Shown here one piece after another: positions 1 through 9,859 of a DNA stretch of 64,000 nucleotides. The DNA is taken from the NCBI GenBank assembly GCA_965199855.1, contig OZ241326.1, forward strand, positions 2,240,001-2,304,000, given 5' to 3'. A model generated the notes under the pieces. It was not told the DNA's origin. It made no database searches and was given only the letters and a program-made list of their open reading frames with translations. Origin of the DNA: a bacterium. GTDB taxonomy: Bacteria > UBA8248. A program made the translations under genes and the position numbers. Each line of letters begins with the position of its first letter. Within the stretch, counting starts at the first letter, position 1.

Positions 1-600
1 CTCGGCCGGCAGCATCGTGGAGGGGCCGCAGAAGGTGACCTCGGCGCCGAGCTTCAGGAGGCCGGCCGCGTTCGAGCGCGCCACGCGGCTGCGCGCGATG
101 TCTCCCACGATGGAGACGCGGAGCCCCTCGAACTTCTCCTTGTGCGCCCGGATGGTGTAGAGGTCGAGGAGCGCCTGGGTGGGATGCTCGTGGCAGCCGT
201 CGCCCGCGTTCACGACGGCGCACCCGAGTTCGCGGCCCAGATAGGCGGGCGCGCCGGACGCCCAATGCCGCACGACGAGGACGTCCGTGGCCATCGCCTC
301 GATGTTTCTCGCCGTGTCCCGCAGGGTCTCCCCCTTGCTCGCCGAGCTCGCGGCGACGGAGAGGTTGATGACGTCCGCCGAGAGGCGCTTGCCGGCGATC
401 TCGAAGGAGGCGCGCGTCCTCGTGCTGTTCTCGAAGAACAGGTTGACGATCGTCTTGCCCCGCAGGGTGGGAACCTTCTTGACGGCGCGCTCGTTGATCT
501 CGCGGAAGGAATCCGTCTGGTCGAGGAGAAACAATATCTCCCCGGGCTCGAGCTCCCGAATCGAGAGCAGATCCTTTCTCCGGTACGGCTCCGTTTTCAT
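1..600 (-). CDS. pyrB: Aspartate carbamoyltransferase catalytic subunit (3' part runs off the window)
   Basis: Own minus-strand translation from ATG 600: [22 protein letters not shown]...[33 protein letters not shown]...SKGETLRDT. Carries the FxExSTRT carbamoyl-phosphate motif, has a GGAG RBS and lies directly downstream of pyrR. Confidence 0.96.
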   Translation of the reverse strand, partial: MKTEPYRRKDLLSIRELEPGEILFLLDQTDSFREINERAVKKVPTLRGKTIVNLFFENSTRTRASFEIAGKRLSADVINLSVAASSASKGETLRDTARNIEAMATDVLVVRHWASGAPAYLGRELGCAVVNAGDGCHEHPTQALLDLYTIRAHKEKFEGLRVSIVGDIARSRVARSNAAGLLKLGAEVTFCGPSTMLPAE

Positions 601-622
601 GGCGTCTCCCCCGCGGGCGTTT

Positions 623-1159
623 TCATTCCGGCTGCCGGAATCGCTTGAAGACGGCGTCCTCGCCGTCGGTCTCCTCAAGATGCACCCGCACCTCCTCGCC
701 CCGCGCCGCCTCGACGTTCCTGCCGACGAAATCGGCGCGAATCGGCAGTTCGCGCCCCCCCCTGTCCACCAGAATCGCGAGCCGCGCCCTGCGGGGCCGG
801 CCGAAGCTGACCAGCGCCGCCAGGGCGGCGCGCGCCGTCCGCCCCGTGCAGAGCACGTCGTCGACGAGAATCACGTCCTTCCCCTCGCAGGAGAAGGGAA
901 GCTCCGTCTTCTTGAGCTTCGTCCGCGCGCCGCCGCCCCGGTTCAGGTCGTCCCGATAGAGGGTGACGTCGAGCGCGCCCACCGGCGGGCGCGAACCCGC
1001 CAGCGCGCGCAGCTCCCCGGCCAGCCTCTCGGCGAGCGGCGCGCCCCTCGTGCGGATGCCGATGAGCGCGAGCGCCGGCAGCTCCGCCGTCTGCTCGAGA
1101 ATCTCGTGCGCGAGGCGCCTCAGCGTCCGCCTCAGCTGCCCGCCGTCGAGCTGCTTCAT
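623..1159 (-). CDS. pyrR: Bifunctional pyr operon attenuation regulator / uracil phosphoribosyltransferase PyrR
   Basis: [54 protein letters not shown]. Start moved to ATG 1159 because the upstream part of the ORF is the attenuator. Confidence 0.95.
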   Translation of the reverse strand: MKQLDGGQLRRTLRRLAHEILEQTAELPALALIGIRTRGAPLAERLAGELRALAGSRPPVGALDVTLYRDDLNRGGGARTKLKKTELPFSCEGKDVILVDDVLCTGRTARAALAALVSFGRPRRARLAILVDRGGRELPIRADFVGRNVEAARGEEVRVHLEETDGEDAVFKRFRQPE

Positions 1160-1197
1160 CTTCGGGGCGAAGGCCGCCGGCCTGCCGGCCGCGCGCG

Positions 1198-1231
1198 AAA
1201 AAAAACGCCACGCCCCGGGGGGCATGGCGTT
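1198..1231 (-). terminator. Intrinsic terminator of the pyr leader (attenuator)
   Basis: Minus strand AACGCCATGCCC...GGGCGTGGCGTT stem followed by a T8 run, about 40 nt before the pyrR start. Confidence 0.85.
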
Positions 1232-1271
1232 CGGACGATGAGCGAAAAGACACCGGGCATCCGCGCTTCCT

Positions 1272-1302
1272 CCTTCGCCGCCTCACGGGACGGCATTAAA
1301 GG
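1272..1302 (-). promoter_or_regulatory. PyrR RNA binding loop (anti-antiterminator)
   Basis: Minus strand CCUUUAAU-GCCGUC-CCGUGA-GGCGGC-GAAGG. It has the lower CCUUU/GAAGG stem, a UUUAA motif and a CNGNGA hexaloop, as in the PyrR binding-site consensus. Confidence 0.88.
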
Positions 1303-1394
1303 GGAATCCCACGCTGTTCTCGTTCGGCGGCGGGCGCGCCGAGACTATTTGGCCGAACCTAGCAGTATTCTCCGCCGGGGGCAAGCGGAATTCC

Positions 1395-1709
1395 TTACGC
1401 GCGCTTCAGAAAATCCATCGCCTCGCCCGAAGCCTCCCCGCGCGCGTCCGCCGGGGGGGCGGATTCCTCCAGAATCTCGAACAGGGCGGCGGCTTCTTTC
1501 TTCGACATCCGGCGTCCGGCCTCGCCCAGCACCCGAACGCGCAGCGTCCTGCTTTCGAGCCGCACCCTCAGCACGTCCCCGACCTCGACCCGCGAGGAGG
1601 CTTTCGCCGCCCTTCCGTCGATGAGAACGGCGCCCTCATCCACGAGGCTCCTGGCCGCCGAGCGCCGCTTCACCAGGCGGCTGTCGCGCAAAAAGCGATC
1701 CAGGCGCAT
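1395..1709 (-). CDS. S4-domain RNA-binding protein (YabO/RqcP/Hsp15 family)
   Basis: MRLDRFL...LVKRRSAAR...G.V.IDGR.AKASSRVEVGD S4 signature, 104 aa. Confidence 0.88.
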   Translation of the reverse strand: MRLDRFLRDSRLVKRRSAARSLVDEGAVLIDGRAAKASSRVEVGDVLRVRLESRTLRVRVLGEAGRRMSKKEAAALFEILEESAPPADARGEASGEAMDFLKRA

Positions 1710-1718
1710 CGCGCGCCG

Positions 1719-3197
1719 TCACCGGGAGATTGCTTTCGGGTCCGCCGAGATGCTGCGCGTCCTCTCCACCTCCGCCTCGAACTCGAACCGCGCGGAGCCG
1801 GTGTCCGTGCCGAACGCGAGATTCCTCTTTCCCTCGCCGTCGGCCCGCAGCGAGAACGCTTTGATGACGTCCGCGAAGCTTATCTTCCCCATATACGTGT
1901 TCGGCAGCAGGTAGCTGTGCCGGAACAGGTAGAGATTCGCGGCGGGGCTGGGGTTGACGAACAGCCGGTGCTTCGCGCCCAGCGCGTCGATGGCGTCCTT
2001 GTCCAGGCTGAGGGCGCGGCCCACGGTCAGCCTGTCGGACCGCCAGCGCGGGCTTTTCCGGTTCGAGCCATACGCCCAGAAAATCCTGCCCTGACCGAGA
2101 AGGGCCCCGCCCTTCGCCTCGGCGAGGGTGATTCCGACCAGACGGAAGGATATCTGCTCGCGCACGTCCCGGAAAAGGGAGGCGAGCCCGCCGCTCGCCG
2201 CGCCGGGGTCGTAGTTGATTTCCAGAAAGGCGCCCCGCCTGAGATCCGCCACCCACTCGCGGCGGCGCTTCGTGAATTTCTCGCCGAAAATCTTGCCGCG
2301 GATTTCGCCCGCCACGCGATCCAGGGTGACCGGCCGCCCCGGATTCACCTTCTCGACGCGGATGACGTGATAGCCGACCCTCGTTCTCGTGGGCCGGCTC
2401 GTCCCGCCCTCCTCCGTCGAGAAGACGAGCTGCTCCAGTTCCGGGAAAACCTCGCCCTTCTTCAGGGCGCCCAGCAGCCCGCCCCGGCTCGCGGCGGGGC
2501 CCTCGGAGGCCTTCCGCGCCACTTCGGCGAAATCCGCGCCGGGCGCGGCGGCCCGCTCGTAGGCGCGCTGCGCCTTCGCGCGCTGCGCCTCCGCGTCGGC
2601 GGCGGAGGCCCCCTCGGCGAGAGGAAAGAAAATCTGGCGCGCCACCCGGGTCTCGCCCTCGCGGTAGTCCTCCGAATGGGCGGCGTAGTAGTCCGCGACT
2701 TCCTGCTCGCCCACGGAGACGCGCGAGCCGACCTCCATGCGCTCCACCTTGCGCGCCAGCATCCTCCTGCGCATCTCCTCGCGGTATTTCTCGAACGACG
2801 TCCCCCGCGTCGAGAGGTAGCGGCGCAGCTGGGCGGTCGTCATCTTGTTCTTGCGGAGCATGTCCGCGATGGCGCTCTCGAGCTCCTTCTCATCGACCTC
2901 CGCGCGGATGGCGGCGGCGCGCGCCAGGATGAGCTTGTTCTCCACCATGGCGTCGAGCGCCCGGAGCTCCAGTTCGCGGACGCGGCGGTTCAGCTCCTCT
3001 CCCTTGTAGGCTTTCTTCAGCTTGTCGGCGTTCGGCTTGACCAGATCCTGAAGCTCGGACAGCGTGATGATCTCGTCGTTCACCTTGGCGATGATCCTCT
3101 CGATCGTCACCAGCGCCGGCATCGCCGGCGCTGGCGCTCCCGCGAGAGCGCACATCGCCATCCCCAGAATCCGGAGCCGCCTAGCCCGATGCGCCAT
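1719..3197 (-). CDS. SurA-like peptidyl-prolyl isomerase/chaperone with an extra C-terminal region
   Basis: Signal peptide, IERIIAKVNDEIITLSEL (SurA N-domain) and a parvulin domain (DFAEVARKASEGP...GGLLG...GYHVIRV). Confidence 0.85.
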   Translation of the reverse strand: MAHRARRLRILGMAMCALAGAPAPAMPALVTIERIIAKVNDEIITLSELQDLVKPNADKLKKAYKGEELNRRVRELELRALDAMVENKLILARAAAIRAEVDEKELESAIADMLRKNKMTTAQLRRYLSTRGTSFEKYREEMRRRMLARKVERMEVGSRVSVGEQEVADYYAAHSEDYREGETRVARQIFFPLAEGASAADAEAQRAKAQRAYERAAAPGADFAEVARKASEGPAASRGGLLGALKKGEVFPELEQLVFSTEEGGTSRPTRTRVGYHVIRVEKVNPGRPVTLDRVAGEIRGKIFGEKFTKRRREWVADLRRGAFLEINYDPGAASGGLASLFRDVREQISFRLVGITLAEAKGGALLGQGRIFWAYGSNRKSPRWRSDRLTVGRALSLDKDAIDALGAKHRLFVNPSPAANLYLFRHSYLLPNTYMGKISFADVIKAFSLRADGEGKRNLAFGTDTGSARFEFEAEVERTRSISADPKAISR

Positions 3198-4167
3198 TTT
3201 CGAGATTTTCCCAATGATATTGAACGTTCGCGCTTCGCCTCAGTTTCCCGATCCAGTCCTTGAGCCTCTCCCTGCCCTTCTCGGCCAGCAGCCGCTTCCG
3301 GATATCCTCGCGCGCGGACGCCAGCGTCCGCAAGCTCGGCAGCCTTCTCTCCGAAACCTCCAGCAGGTGGAAGCCCAGGGGACTCTTGAATACCCGGCTC
3401 GTCCCGCCCTGCTTCAGGGACTTCACCACGCTTTCGATGTTCTCGGGCAACTCCCCTCTCTCAAAATACCCCAAATCGCCGCCCGCGTCACGCCCGGGGC
3501 CGCGGGAATGCCTTCGCGCGAGAGAGGCGAACGACTCGCCATCCAGAATCCGCTTCCTCAATTCGGAAGCCACCTTGCGCGAGCCGACGATGATCTGGCG
3601 GATCCGCCAGCGCCGCCCGACCCGGAATTCCTCCCTGTTCCGCTCGTAGTAGGCCGCTATCTCGGCCTCGGAGACGCTCAGGCCGGAATACACCTCTCTC
3701 TCCAGGAGCTGCTCGATCTCCAGCGTCTCGCGCATGGCCCTGAGCCACCGCTCCCTGTCGATTCCCTCCTCCTTCATCACCGCGTCCAGGTTCCGGCCGC
3801 CATACTGGCGGCGAACGAACTCGACGAAGCGCTCCACTTTGCCCTCGCTCACGTATTCGCCCGTCTCCCGGAAGCGCTGAAGCAGAAGGCGCTTCTCCAC
3901 GAGCTGCTCCACCGGGACCCTGGCGGCGGAGCCTCCGGCCGCGCCCGCGCGCCCGCCCCGCGCCATCAGGTGCGCGCGCACGTCCGCCCTGGTGATCGGC
4001 TCGCCGTTCACCTCCGCGACCAGCTCGCCCCCGCTCCCCGTCCGAAGCGGGGAGTCGCACCCGGCCAGCGCGAGCGGCGCCGCCAGGCAGAGGCGCGCCG
4101 CCCAGGCGCCGCCGCGCGAAAGCAGGCGCCGCGCGGCGATCCCGCCTTTCGATGACGCGATCCTCAT
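3181..4167 (-). CDS. PpiC/PrsA-type peptidyl-prolyl isomerase lipoprotein
   Basis: Lipobox LALAG-C, VAEVNGEPIT, FASLARRHS...GGDLGYF...SPLGFHLL. Typical mfd-PPIase-surA order. Confidence 0.88.
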   Translation of the reverse strand: MRIASSKGGIAARRLLSRGGAWAARLCLAAPLALAGCDSPLRTGSGGELVAEVNGEPITRADVRAHLMARGGRAGAAGGSAARVPVEQLVEKRLLLQRFRETGEYVSEGKVERFVEFVRRQYGGRNLDAVMKEEGIDRERWLRAMRETLEIEQLLEREVYSGLSVSEAEIAAYYERNREEFRVGRRWRIRQIIVGSRKVASELRKRILDGESFASLARRHSRGPGRDAGGDLGYFERGELPENIESVVKSLKQGGTSRVFKSPLGFHLLEVSERRLPSLRTLASAREDIRKRLLAEKGRERLKDWIGKLRRSANVQYHWENLENGASG

Positions 4168-7100
4168 GCCTCCTCCGCCGCCAATTCCTCCCCGGAGACC
4201 CTGCGCATCTCCAAAGCATCCATGACCTGGACGAGAAAGTCAAAATCCTCCGCCCAGCGCCCCCGGACGCCCGCGCGGAAGGCGCGCGCGTCGATGGGCT
4301 CCACCCCCGGCGCGTCCAGGAAGGCGGCCGCCAGCTCGTAGTCTCCCGGAAAAACCTCGAAGCGCGCCTCCTTCCCGCGCACGTGGATCGCCTTGATTCC
4401 GCAAAGGCGGGCGCGCAGGCGGATTTCCCCCAGCTGCAGGAGGTGGAGGGCGCGCGCGGGCAGCTCGCCGAACTTGTCCCGCAGCTCGACCGCCAGCTCC
4501 CGCAGCTCGCCCGGCGCTCGCGCGGACGCGATTCTCCGATAGACCTCCAGGCGCTCGGCCCGCGCCGGAATCCACGAGGAAGGCAGCGCGCCCGCCACCG
4601 GCGCGACGACGTCGGGCTCGAGGCGCTCGACGGCCTCGCCCTTCGTCTCCTGAACGACCTCCTCCAGCAGCCGGCAATACATGTCGAACCCCACGGCCGA
4701 GATTTGCCCCGACTGCCGATGCCCCAGCAGATGCCCGGCGCCGCGAATCTCCAGATCGCGCATGGCGAGCCTGAAGCCGCCCCCCAGCTCGCTCAGCTCC
4801 TCGAGCGCGCGCAGCCGCTCCTTCGCCCGCCTCGTCAGGGATTCCGCCGCCGAGACCAGCAGATAGGCGTGCGCCTGGAACCTGTCGCGCCCCACCCGGC
4901 CGCGCAGCTGGTAGAGCTGCGCCATGCCGAAGGTGTCCGCCCGGTTGATCATGATGGTGTTCACCGAGGGAATGTCGAGGCCGCTCTCGATGATCGTCGT
5001 GCAGAGCAGGACGTCGGCCCGGCGGGTGACGAACCGCTCCATCACCTCCTCGAGCTCCTTTTCCTTCATCTGTCCGTGCCCCACCAGAATGCGCGCGTCC
5101 GGCAGAAGCCTCGCCAGAAGCCTGCGCATGGCGGGCAGGCTGGTCACCCGGTTGTGCACGAAAAACGCCTGGCCGCCGCGGTCGATCTCCTTCGTGATGG
5201 CCTCCCGTATCAGCTTCTCGCTGAAGCGCGAGATGTAGGTGCGCGGCGCGACCCTGTGGAGCGGGGGCGTTTCGATGACGCTCAGGTCCCGCGCGCCGGA
5301 AAGCGCCATCTGCATGGTTCGGGGAATGGGCGTCGCGGTCAGGGTGAGAACGTCCACGGCCACGCGGAGCTTCTTGAGCTTCTCCTTGTGGGAGACGCCG
5401 AAGCGGTGCTCCTCGTCGACGATCAGCAGCCCCAGGTCGCGGAACGCCACGTCCTTCTGCAGGAGGCGGTGGGTGCCGATGACGATGTCCACGCTTCCAT
5501 GGGCGAGGCCCTCCGCCACCTCCTTCTGCTCCTTCCGGCTCCGGAAGCGCGAGAGCGTCTCCACGCGGACGGGCAGCGGCTCGAAGCGCTTCCCGAAGGT
5601 TTCGCGGTGCTGATGCGCCAGCAGCGTCGTCGGCACGACGACGGCGACCTGCTTGCCCGCCGAAACCGCCCGGGCGGCGGCGCGGAGCGCCACCTCCGTC
5701 TTCCCGTAGCCCACGTCCCCGCAAACGAGGCGATCCATCGGCCGGGCGCGCTCCATGTCCTCGAGCACGTCGCGAATCGCCTGATCCTGATCCGGCGTCT
5801 CCTCGAACTCGAAGCCGGCGGATATTTCCCGGTCGAACGCCCCCTCCCCCGAAAAGGCGTGCCCCCGGGCGGCGCTTCGCTCGGAGTAGAGGCGCACCAG
5901 GTCGCGCGCGATGCCCCGGAGCGACTTCTTGACGCTGTTCTTCGTCCTGCCCCAGCGGGTTCCCCCCAGCCTGTCCAGAGGCGGAGCGGCGCCCGCCCCG
6001 TGATACTTGTGGATGCGCTCCACGTCGTCCATCGGCACGTAGAGCCTGTCGCCGCCCGCGTATTGCAGGGTGAGAAACTCATCCTCCCCGTCCCGGTGCT
6101 CGATCACGCGCGTGCCCACGTAGCGCCCCACGCCGTGCTCCGCGTGCACCACCAGGTCGTTCTCGCTCAAGTCCCTGAAGCCCTCGCCGGGCCTCAAGCG
6201 GGGCGCGCTGCGGGCGCTCCCCCCCGGGGCGCCGGCCAGCAAATCCTCCGCGCGGAAGAACACCCTCCCCTCGTCGGGCAGCCGGAAGCTGGCGCCGAGC
6301 CTGCCCTCGACCAGGGCGGCGTCGCGGCGCTCGTCCAGCAGCGGGGCGCCCCTGGGCAGAATCTCCACGCCCAGCTCGTGTTCGCGCAGGAGCGTCCGGA
6401 CTCTCAGGGCGAGGGTCTTCTCCCCGGCCGCGATGACGACGCTTTCGTCCCGCTCGCGCCACGCGCGCAACTGCCGGACGAACGCCTCCACGCGCCCCCG
6501 GAAGGGATTGATGATTTCCGCGGAAAAAGTCTCGCCCGCCTCCGGCGCCTCCTCCCCGCCGCCGGAGTCCAGCCCCAGGGAGTCGAACGCGAGGCGCGGC
6601 CAGATGGAGAGCTCCTCCCGAACCTCCTCCGGCCCGAGCCACAGGAGGCCCGGCTCGAAGGAGACGAGGCCCCGCTCGGGCGCGAGCCGCAGCTCCTCGT
6701 TCACCTCCTCCCACAGGCGCTCCACCGCCTCGTTCAGGCTTTCCGGCTCGTTCAGAACCCACAGCGCGTCGCCGGGCGCGGCGTCGAACAGCGTGCTCAT
6801 CTCGGCGAGAAACATCGGCGCGAGGCCCTCGATGCCCGAAAAGCGCCCCTCCGCCTCCAGGTGATCGAGGAGGCGCTCTACCCTCGCGCCCGTCCCGGCG
6901 CCGGCGGCCTCCATGAGCGCGCGGCGGCCGTCTTCGAGCTCCTCCGGCGAGAGAACGATCTCCCGGGCGGGGAAAGCCTCGACGCTCCGCCGCGTGTTCA
7001 GGTTGCGCTGCGTCTGGGGATGGAAATCCCGCAGGGAGTCGAGCTCGTCGCCGCGAAACTCCAGGCGCGTCGGCCAGGCGCTCTGGGGGGAGAAGAAATC

Positions 7101-7634
7101 CAGAATGCCGCCCCTCACCGCGTATTCGCCGGGAGATTCCACGACCGATCTTCTCAGATACGTCAGCGACTCGAGCGAGCCGATGAACCCGTCGCGATCC
7201 AGCTCCATCCCCTCGCGCAGGGGAATCACGGCGGCGTCCAGCCGGGCGGGCGGAGGGATGCGCGTCGCCATCGCGGCGGCCGTCGTCAGGACGACGCCCC
7301 GCCCCCCGCCGCGCAGAAGCCGCAACGCGGCCATCCTCGCGCCGACGACCTCGCTGGAGGGCGACAGCCTCGAAAACGGATACGCATCCCACGCCGGGAA
7401 GCTCGCCGCCGGCAGGCCGGGCGCGCCCGGGTCGCCCACGAACAGCCTCATGCCCGCCTCTATCGTCTTGAGGCGGCGCGCGTCCTCCTCCACGAAAACG
7501 ACGGGGCCCTCGCGCTCGCGCGCGATTCCCGCCAGCCACCAGGCGATGGCCGCCCCGTTCGCCCCCCGCAGGCGAACGCGCTTCTCCCCCTCGAACGCCC
7601 ACCGAGAGGCCGGGGGCTTATCCGCCACGCGCAT
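4164..7634 (-). CDS. mfd: Transcription-repair coupling factor
   Basis: GEYAVRGGILD, CarD-like VVHAEHGVGRY, MDRLVCGDVGYGKT, DEEHRFG, TATPIPRT, QLRGRVGR, TRCF C-terminus; 1156 aa. Confidence 0.98.
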   Translation of the reverse strand: MRVADKPPASRWAFEGEKRVRLRGANGAAIAWWLAGIAREREGPVVFVEEDARRLKTIEAGMRLFVGDPGAPGLPAASFPAWDAYPFSRLSPSSEVVGARMAALRLLRGGGRGVVLTTAAAMATRIPPPARLDAAVIPLREGMELDRDGFIGSLESLTYLRRSVVESPGEYAVRGGILDFFSPQSAWPTRLEFRGDELDSLRDFHPQTQRNLNTRRSVEAFPAREIVLSPEELEDGRRALMEAAGAGTGARVERLLDHLEAEGRFSGIEGLAPMFLAEMSTLFDAAPGDALWVLNEPESLNEAVERLWEEVNEELRLAPERGLVSFEPGLLWLGPEEVREELSIWPRLAFDSLGLDSGGGEEAPEAGETFSAEIINPFRGRVEAFVRQLRAWRERDESVVIAAGEKTLALRVRTLLREHELGVEILPRGAPLLDERRDAALVEGRLGASFRLPDEGRVFFRAEDLLAGAPGGSARSAPRLRPGEGFRDLSENDLVVHAEHGVGRYVGTRVIEHRDGEDEFLTLQYAGGDRLYVPMDDVERIHKYHGAGAAPPLDRLGGTRWGRTKNSVKKSLRGIARDLVRLYSERSAARGHAFSGEGAFDREISAGFEFEETPDQDQAIRDVLEDMERARPMDRLVCGDVGYGKTEVALRAAARAVSAGKQVAVVVPTTLLAHQHRETFGKRFEPLPVRVETLSRFRSRKEQKEVAEGLAHGSVDIVIGTHRLLQKDVAFRDLGLLIVDEEHRFGVSHKEKLKKLRVAVDVLTLTATPIPRTMQMALSGARDLSVIETPPLHRVAPRTYISRFSEKLIREAITKEIDRGGQAFFVHNRVTSLPAMRRLLARLLPDARILVGHGQMKEKELEEVMERFVTRRADVLLCTTIIESGLDIPSVNTIMINRADTFGMAQLYQLRGRVGRDRFQAHAYLLVSAAESLTRRAKERLRALEELSELGGGFRLAMRDLEIRGAGHLLGHRQSGQISAVGFDMYCRLLEEVVQETKGEAVERLEPDVVAPVAGALPSSWIPARAERLEVYRRIASARAPGELRELAVELRDKFGELPARALHLLQLGEIRLRARLCGIKAIHVRGKEARFEVFPGDYELAAAFLDAPGVEPIDARAFRAGVRGRWAEDFDFLVQVMDALEMRRVSGEELAAEEA

Positions 7635-7715
7635 TTTCGGATTCGGCGCGGCGGCGCGCGGGAAGAGAGAGCGGGCGGATCGTTTCTGGCGGCATGAAAA
7701 TTTCCCGGAACCGGC

Positions 7716-8840
7716 CTAGTTCAGCGATTTTCTGGTGATGACGAAATCCCGAAGCACGTTGGAGGGGTTTTTGGGCAGGGCGACGTTCGCGCCGTTCAGC
7801 GATACCCGCGCTCCCGCGATGTTTCCCAGGGTGAGGGTGAATTTCCCGGACGCCCTCCAGCTCTTCTCCTCGCCCGCCAGCAAAAGGAATTCTTCCACGC
7901 CTTCCGCGTCGGCGATGATCCGCACCCACGTATCCCCGAGGGCGAAAATCCTCAGCGTGAGCGGAAAAGCGGCGGTCTCCGGGGTTCGACGCTCCCGCGG
8001 CGCGCCGGCAGCGGGAGGGTTCTCCCGCGTCGGGGGATTCCCGCCGGCCGGCGCGCTCGCCGCCGGGGGAGCGTCTTGAGCGGCAGGCGTCTTCTCCGCC
8101 GGGGCCCGCTCCGCGGGCGGAGAATTTCCCGGCGGGGCGCTTTCCCCGCCCGAAGCGTCCTCCCGCGCCCGCGGAGGCGCGCCGGGCGACGGGTTCTCCT
8201 TCTCCTCACCAGGGGACGCCTGCGGCGCGGCCGGGAGGGAGGAGCGAGCCCGCTCCGGCGCCTGCTCCTTCACCACGGAGGCGGTCGCCTCCCGCTCCCG
8301 CGCGTCCCGGCCGCCGTCCGCCTTCGTCATCAAGGGGGGAGCGTTGGCGGCGGGCGTGAGCGCGGCCCTGATTCTGGCGGGGAGCGACCCGACGAAAGCG
8401 AGCGGGTTCGTCTCTCCCTTCACGAGCCAGAGAGCCCCGCCGCCGGCGAGAAGAAAAAGCAGCACGGGCAGGGCGGCCGCCACGAATTTGACGCGCTGCT
8501 GCCGGCGGGAAGGACTGAAGCGGGCCTGGAGGTCGGAATCCGCCCCCGGCCGGTTCAACGCGGGGCCGAGCCCGATTTCCCGCCTGAAGGCGGCGGCCGC
8601 GGCGTCGGCGTCCACGCCAATCTCCTCCGCGAAGGCGCGAACGAACCCCACGCCGACCGGGCCCCTCGGCAGTCGGTCGAAAGACCCGCTTTCGATGCCT
8701 TCGAGATAATACGATCGGATTCGCGTCCGGTCGGATATGACGCGAAGGGACAGCGCCTTCTCCTCGCGGGCGCTCCGCAGGAAAGGCCCTATCCCCTCCT
8801 CTTCCATCCGCGCCATGATTTCCGGGTCGGTTTCCGCCAT
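7716..8840 (-). CDS. RodZ-like protein (N-terminal HTH, TM helix, Pro/Ala linker, DUF4115-like C-terminus)
   Basis: IGPFLRSAREEKALSL..IS.RTRIRSYYLEGIESG, one TM segment, C-terminal TWVRI.AD...LTLGNIAG...LNG. Confidence 0.85.
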   Translation of the reverse strand: MAETDPEIMARMEEEGIGPFLRSAREEKALSLRVISDRTRIRSYYLEGIESGSFDRLPRGPVGVGFVRAFAEEIGVDADAAAAAFRREIGLGPALNRPGADSDLQARFSPSRRQQRVKFVAAALPVLLFLLAGGGALWLVKGETNPLAFVGSLPARIRAALTPAANAPPLMTKADGGRDAREREATASVVKEQAPERARSSLPAAPQASPGEEKENPSPGAPPRAREDASGGESAPPGNSPPAERAPAEKTPAAQDAPPAASAPAGGNPPTRENPPAAGAPRERRTPETAAFPLTLRIFALGDTWVRIIADAEGVEEFLLLAGEEKSWRASGKFTLTLGNIAGARVSLNGANVALPKNPSNVLRDFVITRKSLN

Positions 8841-8988
8841 CACCCGTCCCCTCTTCTCGAAGCCCAACGAAACAAGTCGGGGCCGGAAGGAGCAGTATAC
8901 GCGCAAGGAGGCCGAAAGTCAACGCTCGGGAGGCGCCGCCCCTTCGCGTCGGGGAGAATCCCCCCCGCGCGGCGCGCGAAGCGGCGGC

Positions 8989-9858
8989 TCAGGGAAGGAT
9001 GGAGAGAATCGCGGGCGTCACGTCGCGGATGCTGGGGTTCGCCGCGTCCGCGAGCAGGACGTCGGCGTGTTTGCCGTAGAGCAGTATCGGGACGGGGTTT
9101 TTCGTGTGGGAGGAGGTCGAGGCGTCCTCCACGTTTCCGTGATCGCTGCTCAGGACGAACGTATCCTCCCCCGCGTCGAGCCGCCGCAGCGCGGCGCGCA
9201 AAAACCCGTTCAAATCCCTTAAAACCTCGAAGGCGTCGTCCGCGCCTCCGCGGTGGCCGACGTGGTCGGTGTGAAAAAACTCGTAGATCAGCAAATCCCT
9301 TCTCTTCGCCAGTTTTCCGAGGCGATCGCCCGCCTCCGCGGCGTCGAGCCCCGCCACCTCGTGGCCCTGCTCCGCCGCGATCCCGTTCGTGTAGTCCCGA
9401 TAGACGGCCTCTCCCCGCGCGAGATCCTCCAGGCGGTTCAGGGGGATTCCCGCGCTTTCGGCCATCACCGTGGTCACGGAGCGTCTGCGGGCGCGCCCGC
9501 GCGCGAAGAAAGGGGGCGTATAGGCGTTGGCGAACCCGACGAGCGCGCCCCGCTCCCGCGCGCGCCTGAGCAGGCCGCTTCGGCAGACGAGGCGGCGCAG
9601 GCGCTCGTTCGGCAGCCCCTGGCGGTGGCCGCCCTCCAGTTCGGGCGCGTTCGCGCCCGTGAACAGCGCGGCGCCTCCCGTCGCGCTCTGGGGAACGCCC
9701 CCGACGCCGAGGCGGGCGTCCGCCTCGATGAGCCTGAAGCCGGGCGCCCGCCCGCCGCGCAAAAGCGCCAGCGGCGGCTCCTCCAGCCCCGAGAGGGGAT
9801 TGTCCGGCCCCGGCGGGGCGACGCCCAGGCCGTCCACGAACACGAAAAGAACGGCCAT
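8989..9858 (-). CDS. Alkaline-phosphatase-superfamily metalloenzyme (phosphoglycerate mutase/phosphopentomutase-like)
   Basis: FVDGLG, PQSATG, TDHVGH, SSDHGNVED, HTKNPVP metal-binding motifs. Confidence 0.82.
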   Translation of the reverse strand: MAVLFVFVDGLGVAPPGPDNPLSGLEEPPLALLRGGRAPGFRLIEADARLGVGGVPQSATGGAALFTGANAPELEGGHRQGLPNERLRRLVCRSGLLRRARERGALVGFANAYTPPFFARGRARRRSVTTVMAESAGIPLNRLEDLARGEAVYRDYTNGIAAEQGHEVAGLDAAEAGDRLGKLAKRRDLLIYEFFHTDHVGHRGGADDAFEVLRDLNGFLRAALRRLDAGEDTFVLSSDHGNVEDASTSSHTKNPVPILLYGKHADVLLADAANPSIRDVTPAILSILP

Positions 9859-9859
9859 G

